Below are positions 48,439 through 58,983 of a stretch of 64,000 nt of DNA, in pieces (positions within the stretch are counted from its first letter, which is position 1; each line of letters opens with the position of its first letter). The position numbers and the translations under genes are program-made. This stretch comes from Marsupella aquatica (lineage: Eukaryota > Plantae > Marchantiophyta): NCBI GenBank assembly GCA_973895155.1, contig OZ316892.1, positions 13,692,761 through 13,756,760 of the forward strand, written 5' to 3'. Under the pieces are notes generated by a model, which was not told the DNA's origin, did no database searches, and saw nothing but the letters and a program-made list of their open reading frames with translations.

Positions 48439-48848
48439 TCTTACTTATAAATCTGCAACTACAAGCTAGAGTTAGACCTAGGTTTCTAGAGCGAAGCCTC
48501 TAGACCGTAACTCCATGGCTCATCATGTGGAATGATGAGAACTGATGTCTATAATGTATGTCATGTCAAATGATAATCATGATTGCTTTTTGGTATGATT
48601 TCTATTTATATTAAAAACTGATCCACCATATTATATGTGCATAAGTGGGATGTATGATAGAAAAACTAAAGATGTGCATAGAAAAGAGTACTATGGTATG
48701 TTATGTTTGATTATTAAAATGATGATATGCATGATAATTTTTTTATCATTTTATTAACCTTCAAAATATATGAATAATGATATATTTTGGAAATTTTTTT
48801 ATTGTACTCTCCGCTATTCACGTTCAAAGAACAGATAGTCGGGGCTAG
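48439..48848 (+). mobile_element. Non-autonomous Helitron-like element, family A, copy 2 (intact termini)
   Basis: A|TCTTACTTATAA (48439) ... CGTTCAAAGAACAGATAGTCGGGGCTAG|T (48848): 5' TC, 3' CTAG, subterminal GTTC-AAA-GAAC hairpin, inserted between A and T, no TSD. Homologous to 8254-8627. Confidence 0.85.
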
Positions 48849-48970
48849 TGTACTTTAAAAATTAAAACAGAAAACCCAATAGCCTCAGCCCTTGGAAGAT
48901 TGGTGAATGCGTGAGCCCTTCCTGGTCAGGCCTCTCCTGCCTGATTGCTGGCTTTAGCTTCCTGGGATCC

Positions 48971-49177
48971 GTGTCTCTGTATGTTTTTTATTTCAAATAA
49001 AAAATATTGTTGCAAGTAAGAGAAAGAAACAGGGTCTAGCGTGTCTCTGTTTTTTTATTTCAAATAAAAAATATTGTTGCAAGTAAGAGAGAGAAACAGG
49101 GTCTAGCATGTCTCTGTATTTTTTTAATTTCAAATAAAAAATATTGTTGCAGGTAAGAAAAAGGAACAGGGTCCAGC
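48971..49177. repeat. Tandem triplication of a 67-70 bp unit
   Basis: TGTCTCTGT..TTTCAAATAAAAAATATTGTTGCA.GTAAGA...AACAGGGTC.AGC at 48971, 49041 and 49108. Confidence 0.93.
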
Positions 49178-49479
49178 TGGGATTCTATGTGTGGGGCCCA
49201 TTATTGAAGTTTAAAGTTTAAACCGTCCTCCGTCCCAACGAAGTTCTGCCCGACTGATGCCCGTAATGGTTCTTTACGAGTAATAAGTCGCCCATTTCGT
49301 TGAATTCCTTACCCACCCCGGGGGTTGGATTTGACCCGGGATCAGCGATTCACTTCGGGTGACGGTCATGGTCCAGGGGGTAGCCACTAACTCCACCCAA
49401 GGCGAGTTAGTTCGAGATCGGACGACGTCATTACTACGACGTGCTTCGGTTTTGGGACCGGAGAATGTCATGTCACGGG

Positions 49480-49627
49480 ATACCTGCGTCCTGACTCCTC
49501 AGGGCCCTGACGGCCTGAATTGTACCGTTGACGGGCCGTCCGCAGCGAATACCGCATCTAAGCCCTGGAACATATTTTTGAACCCTGGCTTCAGGGGCAT
49601 TCGGGGTAGGCGTTGTGTAGGCAGGTA
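49480..49627 (+). ncRNA. Putative structured RNA element (unassigned)
   Basis: Nested complementary segments give a three-way junction, followed by ATATTTTTGA and a terminal CCCTG-gctt-CAGGG hairpin. It matches no snRNA, tRNA, rRNA or riboswitch that I can recall, and I have no expression evidence. Confidence 0.3.
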
Positions 49628-52136
49628 AGTTTTAATATTTAATCTTTCGTTCAGGGTAGCTAAAGGTCACCTTGTGTGACAGTGTGAGGGAGCAGTCGTT
49701 AAGAATGTTCTTTATCTTTTTTTTTTGGGCAATTGCTTTTGGGCCCTTAGATCTACCAAGATTCAAGGAGCGCCCTTAGATTCTGGTTCGTGGGGTCGTT
49801 GACTAATTGGAAAACTTAGGCAGGTGGAATTTGATGAATTTTTGCTTCAAAAAAGCGCTGCTGTAGTGTAACCCTATGCTGCAAACTTGTGATTCAGGAG
49901 GAATGACCTGTAGGGACGACCCGTTAAGTCTGATAGCGAATCAGTTACCATGCATAGACTGGTTCCAACTATATGTTTTCTAATTAAAAACATGTCACGA
50001 CCATAGCAATAAAAACTCACTACCATACCCCAGTAAATCACCCTACTGAGAATTGAGAATTTGCACCAAACACTAGGAGAAACATTTTTGGGCACTAGGG
50101 TCTGTCAAAATTGGGACACGCCCTAAACTGAGGGAAATATCTGCTGGCTCCAATAAGTGATTTGTGTGAATACCCTTAAAAATAGCATTTATTCTCAAAT
50201 AATGTTTCTCTGAACTTACTTTCATTGACCTTCGCAGCTACGGTGACACATAAGTTTCTTGTCTTTGATCAAAATCAAGCGATATTTGCTCTGGGAAAGC
50301 TGACTCAATTCTGCTTCCAACAAGCTGAGGTGTGTTGTCTAAAGTTCAACAGTCACTGAGAAATCTTAATTCCAACTCAATATCGAGAGACTAGACGGCT
50401 CCATGGTACTCCACAATTGAATTGGAAACATGACTCCTGCCTAGTACATTTGAAAGTTAGGATTATTAAGGTCTCAGTGAAACCTTTGCAATTTCGAGGC
50501 CATGGCGGATTTCAGCAAGAAATGGCTAGATTTTAAGTGAAAGATAAAGGATGAGGGAGCTCCATCAGTGGCGTATTTGGAGCCCATGGTTGGTTAAATC
50601 TTGAAAATAAAACATTATTTTAATGCAACTAGTCTTATTTCAGATACCACTTTAGATGCTTTCCACGTCAAACCAGTAGATTTTAAGCCAGCAGAAAGCA
50701 GGAGAGAGCTACAATAGTTGTGATATCTTTCCTCCATAAAAATGATCAAAGCGCTGATTGTACCAGACAGGAACATCAGAGCGATGAACACACTGATTAT
50801 GCTCTCAATACCTTAAGGATTGTTTTCTTTGTTTTTGTCTCAACGGAGTTTTCGTTCATCCCCCATACATACCAAAAAGCTCGGGTGATTTGGGTGAGTG
50901 GCTACTATCAATAAAGGAAATCAGGGTACAAAGGGGAGGACTTCAAAAAGGGCCACACCCACAATGGATTTTGTTTTAGTACCACTCTGAGTGTATCGAT
51001 GACCAGTGTACAGAGAGACCTTTGTGAGGCTCCATCACAGCCATCTTCTTGCACTTATCAAACAGTGGAATTGAAGGATTATTGCAATGAATAACCAAAG
51101 TTTAGGAATGGGTAAGTGCAACCTAACACGGGCTTTGCACTTACCAGATCGGTGCAATACATAGCACGACAATTCAAATGGTTGAACTAACTGGTAACTA
51201 CAATTTCTAAGTAATATTTCACTTATTAGCAATGAATTTTTGCACTCATCGAGAAATTGCAATTACCTGTCGAGAAATTGCAATTACCTGTCTGTTTATT
51301 CAGCAAAAAATTGCTCAATTTGCAGTAGATTATGGCACTAGCCGGTATACAGGGATGCATTATTTCATATGCTGAATATATTCCTACCAGAACATCTCAA
51401 AGCTTCATAGTTACAACTGATGGAGTATGGCCATAGCTACAGTAGCTTTTTGACAAGGTTACATATAAGGTCGTTTCTCAAGTAGCCTCTCATTGATTTA
51501 TGATTGTACCATATTACTTCATGGCAAAAAGTTATGGATCATGAATTTCAGAATCCATAACCTTTAACTACTTACTGAGTGGATACAGATATGGAGGTCT
51601 GAGACCTCTGATTGCATCGAACGATTTGCACTTATTACACGATGTCAGTGATCACGGTTCCACTTATCGAGGTCTCCTCGTATATCGATAGGAAAGCGCG
51701 GAGTAATAGCAGAAAAGGAACCGTTTACAATTAACTCGTCGCCAAAACCACACTCCGAAACTGCGCGGCCGCAACCACACCCAGTCACCCCAGTGACCCA
51801 CCCGGCGACCGGAGCGGAGATAGCGAGAGTGAGATAGCGGGCCGGCGGCCCCGATGCGCGGGTTCGCCCCCGGCGACAAGACAAGCCGGAGGCGAGGAGC
51901 TGTCGGCCTTGGGGACAGCAGCAGCTACGGCATGTCCTTTGTCTCGGGGACGGGACCCTCGCCCGGCCCCTAATCATAATCATAATCATAAATAACAATA
52001 GTAATTGATAAACCCAGAAAAGTAAAGAGATAGGCAGATAGCAGAGGACCCGTAGGGCTGGCCCCACACGTGGGACTGCCTCCCCTACTCTACTCTAGTA
52101 CTCTTGCCCTCTGCCACGATGGAGGTGCTCCTCCTC

Positions 52137-52181
52137 CCCAACGGCTAAGTGTCGCGCGTGGGTGCACGAGAAGAATTTGAA
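52137..52181 (+). promoter_or_regulatory. MSA element plus CHR-like motif upstream of MYB3R
   Basis: CCCAACGGCTA (52137-52147) matches the MSA consensus YCYAACGGYYA. TTTGAA lies at 52176-52181, within AATTTGAAATT. Confidence 0.5.
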
Positions 52182-53142
52182 ATTGGGGTGGGGCTAGTAA
52201 AGCTGATGGAACGGAAGGGCCAGCTTTTCTTCGGAGGGTTTTGCTGTCTGTTTCTGCTGTTCCTGCTCCTGCTGTTCCTGCTGCTGTTGGGGAACTCGAC
52301 TACTACTGGGGATGCCCACACTTCTCCTCCTTGGCTTGTCGATGGGGTCAGTCCGGTCTGGAGTCTGAGGGCAGTATTATTATTAGTTAGGAGCGAGCTC
52401 CGGAGTGAGGAGGCCTTACACGATGCAGGATGTAACGATTGTGGTGGAAAGCTCACGGTTGGGCAAGAGACAACCGTAGAGAGTTTTTAGGGAGGAGGAG
52501 GAGAGGAAGGAGAGAGAGAGAGAGGTTCTTTCCGTTGGGGACATGAGTTGGTGCCATGACATCACATTCGACGGGGGGTTTGGGGAGGGAGAAGGAGGAG
52601 CAGGAGGAGAGGAGGGGGGTGTACAGTTTTATCATCATGACGATGGAATTTGCCAATGAGAAGCTTATTTGATGTCTGGGTATCCATAATTCTGGGAGAC
52701 CAGAATCTGGTATGTGTGCTTGGTTTGGTGGAGGTCGAGGAATTGAGCGCATTGTGTTGAGTGCGTGCTTCGGGAGTGGTGGAGCTGGTGGTGGTGCTAT
52801 CGTTACGAGTGTGGCCGGGAGAGGAGAACAGAGAGAGAGAGAGACGGGACGACGGGTAGGGCTGGGTTTGCTGCTGATATCGGATTGGAGCAAAAACAAC
52901 GGTCTGCTGTGGAGGAGCGTGGTTACTGGAAGAGGTGCTGGACAAGGAGGAGGAGGAGAGAGAGAGAGAGAGAGAGAGTCGGTTGCGGAATTTTATAACG
53001 GACAGCGGCAGAGAAATGCAGGCAGCGCTCGCGGTTCTCACAACAGGGGGGAGCAAGCGAGGAGGACGCAGCAGGAAGAAGAGAGGAAGTAAAGATGATA
53101 GCGAACAACGATGACGCGCAAGGCAAGCGGTAGGTTGTGGAG

Positions 53143-56100
53143 ATGGCAGTAGTGGCAGCAGCAGGCACAAAGGGTAAGTAAGTAGCTCACAACAGTTAGT
53201 TACGGTACTGTAGTGTGAGCGAGAAAGCAGTGGAGGACCGGAGGTGGAAAGGAAGCGATGATTAGAATTTCTCACGACCAGGGGTCCCCAAATTTTACGG
53301 GAGAGAGACTACGCTACAGGTACCTCTTGAAGAATTGATGAATCGGATTGGGATGGGCAGCCGCACTGGTGGGCCTACCCGGCGATCGTCCAAGGGAGGT
53401 TGGACGCCGGATGAGGTATGAATTTGAACAACAGCTGCTCACTGGAATAGATCATTGGAACAAATACCTTTATATCTCTTATTCGAATGATATGATATGT
53501 GCTTTGACCGGCCAGACAGTTTCTTTGGGCTAGGTTACGCGTGAGTCGAGATGAACTTTTTGTGGGCAGATCCCTCCGGTAAAGTGGAAGTGGGGCCCTT
53601 AAGCGCTCTTCAACCGAATGTTTCGAGCTCCATTCCCTCCTCTGTTGTTAATAGTTGGCATATTCTAGATCATGCAACTTCGGTTATGTACGATTTCAAA
53701 GGTTTTCTCCAATGCGAAATTATAGCACCTCTTTCACGGTCGTGAGGGTGGAGCACAGCTCAAGCAGTCACGAGTCTCACTTATATTCGCTCTCTTGTAC
53801 TAGGATGAGATCTTGCGTCAAGCGGTAGAGTGCTTCAAGGGGAAAAACTGGAAAAAAATTGGTAAGCGGAATTTCCTTCTTATCCCTATATGCCTCTACC
53901 TGTCTGAGTTGTCATTTTGGAAGCCAGCATTGTCAATGAGTGATGTCCCGATATTCTGCTTTGAACCTTGTTTTTTGGGAAATGAATGTTGGTTCAAAGT
54001 CGTGTGAGTCAATCCTTCTGAATGCCTCTGTGTAGGTTGCTCATTCTCCCGAGCCATTGTATCAGTAGTTCCTGTGTCCTGAAATGAGAGGGTTGTACAT
54101 TTCTCCTTGCTTTCTGGCTCGATTTCCAGCACCGCTGACTATATCTTTGACAAAACGTCAAATGAAGGGGGCCTGCTTCGCCTCTTATCTTTATGTTTCC
54201 TAGTGGGTCGATTCTAATTAGCCTGGCTTGGCTTCGGTGGAGTGCAGCGGAATCGTTTGCGAACCGAACAGACGTGCAATGTCTGCATCGATGGCAGAAA
54301 GTTCTCAATCCCGATCTTGTGAAGGGCCCCTGGACGAAAGAGGTACAGTACCCTCTTCACACAATTGCTATTCAACTAATTTTGCATTGTCGCCTCGTGT
54401 GGAGTTCATCTGCTGACAGTCAAGTCCACATCATGCTCTGGTTCAGGAGGACGACAGAATAATGGAACTGGTGGGCAAGTATGGGGCCAAGAAGTGGTCC
54501 GTCATTGCACAGAACCTCCCGGGAAGGATAGGAAAGCAGTGCCGAGAGAGGTAAGGACTCATGCAGATGCAATTGTTCCCCCCGATTGTGTCGAGTTGTA
54601 ACACTTGCTTTTGGAACTGGACATCCCACTTAGCATTCCTATTATTGGTTCTGGTCTCAGATGGCACAATCATTTGAACCCAAATATCAAAAGAGACGCG
54701 TGGACGGAACAGGAGGATCTTGCATTGATCGGTGCGCATCAGACCTACGGCAACAAATGGGCCGAGATCGCCAAGTTTCTGCCTGGGAGGTAATGCTTTG
54801 CCCTTTACATTTCTAAAGCAGCGTCTCCCCCTTCGTTTAGAAAGGTGTTCCAGCATGTCGTAGTCGTTTGGGATGGCCATTCTCCTGCATACGTTTAGAA
54901 AGTCCAATATTTCAGCACCTGAAATGATGCATTCGCAAAGTTACTTCAGGGGAGCTCTCAAGTGCTCTATTGGCTGTGGGGAAGTCACTCAATGATCGAA
55001 ACGTCACGTAAAAGCACTGGCTACGCCAATCTGACTTTCTGTGTAATTACTGCCTAGGAGAGCAACTCCCTGAGAATATGTACATGTGGGCGTGCAGAAC
55101 GGACAACTCAATTAAGAATCACTGGAACAGTACCATGAAGAAGAAGGTGGACCCGATGTCAGCTAACGATCCTATCTCACGGGCTCTCGCTGCGTATCAA
55201 GTACAGCAAGAGTCGATGAAGGCCGCAGAGTCACAGAATTCTGATGTGTCGTTGAGCTTGTCGAGCACTGTCGACCTTCCTTATCCGGCCACTTCGAGTG
55301 CAGTTTCCAATTCTGCAATGTCCAATCGACTGCCTGCCACATCGAATGTTCCAACTTTACTTCGCTCATGTATTGCTGCTGAAGATTCTGCGCTGAACTC
55401 GGAAGCGTCGAGCATTCCAGGTGCTGCAACACAACGTGAGGAAGATTCTGGTGCCAAACCAGTCACAAGGAATGAGGAAGTGAAAGTTGAAAGGCATAGT
55501 AATCTTCCTCCCAGACCACCCAACTGCCCCGGGGCTCCTTCAGCCAATTCATCTGTAGTGAAGGAGCTACCAGCAGCAGCAGGAGCTTCAACGTCATCTC
55601 TCCATCTCCAACTTTCTTGTGTTGACACGAAACCTCATCAAAATGGCGCTGTCTGTGCGTCTCTGGATGTTGGTCCGGCTCCTCCGGCATTCTCTCGGAT
55701 GTACACACTAGCTTGCTCTTTGCCTGAAGTTGTCCCCTCCCCCAGCCTTACTGTTGCTCCGGCACCCGTGCCGTCATCTTTATCTGCGTTCCATACTAAT
55801 CCCACCCCTTCGCTCCGAGATATTCCTGCCCTGTACGGCAATATGGACCACCGGGGCCCCAATTCAACACAGCACCAACCTTCCGACTCTTACCCAATCG
55901 ACTCCCTTTCTATGATGGTTCCCCCTCTGACTCCAGTGGTGCACTATTCTTTTTCGGATTGCTATTCGCAGAGGACTGGACCGGCTGGCGGCTCTTGCCG
56001 GCCTTCCATCAGAAGCAACAACATTGACGTTCAGAATTCTCGTCGACCTGCTGAGATGCAAAATGGTCCACAGGAATGTTACAATGATGAATTGCTGAAG

Positions 56101-58983
56101 GCTGCGACCCAGGAAGTTTTAAGTCCCTACCATTTGTCGATGTTTGCTGAACTGGAACCTGCTACGGAGAACCACGAGGGTGCAGACAGAGAAGCTGCTG
56201 GATATTACTACGATCCTGCTCGACACCAAATGTCAGATCTACCCTTTCTCAGCTACGATCTAATCAGCCCCAGTGGGAATTCTCTCCAGGCATACAGTCC
56301 TTTGGGTGTACGGCAGATGATCATGCCTTCAATCAACTCCGCCACGCCCCCCAATTATGTTTGTCATTCTCCTTTCAACAGTCCACAGTCTACTCTGCGA
56401 AAAGCTGCTGAAAGTTTTGGGGGTACGCCGTCCATTGTGCGAAAACGTCAACGTCAGCAACTTTCCTCAGCGCCAGACAGTCGAGACGCAGCTGACACCA
56501 GTGTCCGTGAAGGCAATGCGGGAACTGACTGTGTGCAATCGTCTTCGTCCCAGGCTGACGCGGTCCCGACGTCTCAGTCTCAGGCTGGTCCATCCGCTAC
56601 TGAGACTCCCGATCGAAACACAGGAAATGGAACATCATCTTCGTTCTTTTGTCGACCCAATGGGTCTGATTCCTTTTTTAGTTCAGAAACGTCTCCGTAC
56701 GCATCTAGAAGACTTCTTGTTTCTCCTGCTTATCACCTTTCCAGTAAGAACCTGCTGAAGATGGGCAGATTAGATGAAGGTGGAGGAACTGATCAGCAGT
56801 CTGGAGTAGTATACCAGTCGCCCAGCAGTTTGTTCAGACACAGGTCTGTGGATGGTAAGTTTGGCGGATCGTTTGGTTTGTCGAGTGGCGATGGGAAAGG
56901 TCACAAAAGAGGGAGATCTCGTGCCATCAGCCAAGACTACGAGCTAAGAAGCTTAAGGGGGGCAGCCGTCCAATTGTCACCCGAGGTAATGACAGTGATT
57001 GCTGCACAATTGCAGTGAAACACTGAGTTTCGTTCATTTCCTTGCTTTGCAGTCGTTACTGTCGTGACATGGCACGCAGGCAGGCATGTGAGGGTTGAAG
57101 TTTGTGCTAAGCTGACGCTGAACAACCCTGAACTGTATAGCTGTTGATGTCATGTGATGTTGTGACTTTGCAGACGCACGATCCTACTGTCCTAGTAGAG
57201 CAGCGTCCAAACGGTCAACAGACTTGTTTCTCGGTAGAAGCAAGCTCCATGACATCCTGCGTGTTGCTGCCTCCTGGTGCAGAAGCCTATGGAGGAGCGG
57301 GATATTTTGGGGTAGGCAGTGGGAGACTTGGATGTCCTGAGTCGAAGTCCCTTAATGAGGCTGATCATGTTGGATCCAATGGAGCAATAGTGGGTTCTCA
57401 GCCAGAGGACAAAAGGGATGCTTTGACTGTAAATACCATGTCTTCCTTTGGTATGTGGGCTTGTACATCAGGGATACCAAGTCCCTCTGCCGCGGGTGCA
57501 CATCCGTCCATGATAAGTCCAAGGCATCCCCAGTCCCTTCTCAGTCCCAGACAAGCCCTGATCAGTCCAAGAAATGCTTTTGGCAAGGATTGGTGTAGCA
57601 CTTTCGCCGACTTTGATTCGCTTAACTTGTATGTTCTCGAGTCTTATCTCTATTTATTCCTTGAAGCCATGCAGCTTCAGCAATAGGGGGGAAGTGCGCG
57701 TGACTGCTGCTTCAATTGCTGCTTTAGGAGTCATTCATCTTCACTTTTTCCTTTCATCATGACGGCGGACCATGTATGCGGACTCTTCAAAATAAGCGTG
57801 ATTATGACTCAGCTTTGGTTTCTCCACGTTGCATCTTTTCTGCTCTTGACACTCTCTTGGAAAATTGTGTAGTGCCCTCAATGGTGACGGAAGTTTGAAC
57901 TCTCCATCCCCCATGTGGAGATCTCCTTGGCGTCTTGCTGATGCAGTCCCTGCTTTGACCAAGGATCGTGTAATTATGTTGGAGGTTTGGATTTTTATTT
58001 CCGTTCCTTTCGGTGATGCTATTTATTAACGAAATAAAGCAAAGACAAGATTGTAGGTTAACATACTTTCGATTAGATTTTGCTCCTCTTTGGAGCTAAG
58101 AATATATATTCAGGAACTTTTCAGTCATATAACTTGTGAACGGAGTTAGCGGATTGCAGGTCAGCATATTTTTCATCCTATTTGCCCTCTCTTTGCTCTT
58201 TTTCTCTTTTTCTCTTCGTATCTGATGGAACGGCGACTTGATGGCGTTCTTCTTACTTTAATTGCTTTAGGGAATGGACCTGGAAGATGGAGCTGACGAT
58301 GCGTCAGCCTTGGTGAAAAAATTGGGTGAACCGGGTTCTTCTTCTGAAGCTGAGGTGCTTACTACATCTAATGTGAATGAGTGCCTTCCGCAAGCAGTTA
58401 CCCCCCAGTCTGGGCAGAAGTCTCGCATCGAAGGAAATCATGATTCAAAGGAGAACATCAGAAATTACAGTGATCAGCGGATGGATCATTCTCCTTCATC
58501 GCCTTTTGTCAGCTGGCTTGTGGTAAGTCTCAACCTTCCTAGCCGGTGAACCACTTAGCATTTCTGTCATGTAGGCGCGTTCTCTTCTTTTGGGTACACC
58601 TTAACAACGAAGGAGACTTGTTGTGATGTAGTGTTCACTTTCCCTCAAGTAGTACCCCTGAAACACGTGGAACTAGTCAGGCTGAAACCGTGAAAAGGGA
58701 ATTTCTGGCTTTTACTTCGGGAAACTAGTAGCGATATTGAGATCCTCGATTGACATTGCTTTGACCACTTTCATCAAGCCGCTAAACCCTGCCGTTTGTT
58801 GTGTGGACACAGCCGCCGTTCCCAGTTGAAATGTTGTCTCCTGATGCTGCTCATATGTCCGGGACTCCTCTGCGGGGGTCTCTGGGTCATAGTTTAAATT
58901 CGTCCGCGGGAATGGACAATGGAGGCGGCCTATTCGTTGACCCGTTCAGTCCATCGATGTACCTTTTAAAGGAATGTAGGTAG
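53143..58983 (+). CDS. MYB3R: Three-repeat MYB (R1R2R3) cell-cycle transcription factor, about 1117 aa
   Basis: Exons 53143-53177 (tentative), 53361-53415, 53804-53861, 54248-54342, 54447-54550, 54661-54789, 55098-56985, 57174-57628, 57873-57984, 58271-58522 and 58813-58983, total 3354 nt, in frame. R1 KGGWTPDEDEIL..KNWKKIA..RTDVQCLHRWQKVLNP; R2 KGPWTKEED..KKWSVIA..GRIGKQCRERWHNHLNP; R3 [31 protein letters not shown]; conserved YSPLGVRQ, AAESFGGTPSIVRKR, WRSPW and terminal SPSMYLLKECR. Confidence 0.95.

Noticed and set aside
49480-49610. Assignment of the structured segment to U1, U2, U4, U5, U11 or U12 snRNA, a TPP riboswitch, a hammerhead or HDV ribozyme, RNase MRP or telomerase RNA
   Set aside because: The diagnostic cores are missing: no ATACTTACCTGG with a U1-70K loop, no GTAGTA branch-pairing region, no GCCTTTTAC loop, no CTGAGA TPP motif, no CTGANGA..GAAA core and no telomere template. 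It is left unassigned.
52453-53275. Several long ORFs on both strands upstream of MYB3R
   Set aside because: They arise from GA and GGA microsatellite-rich leader sequence and have no domain content.
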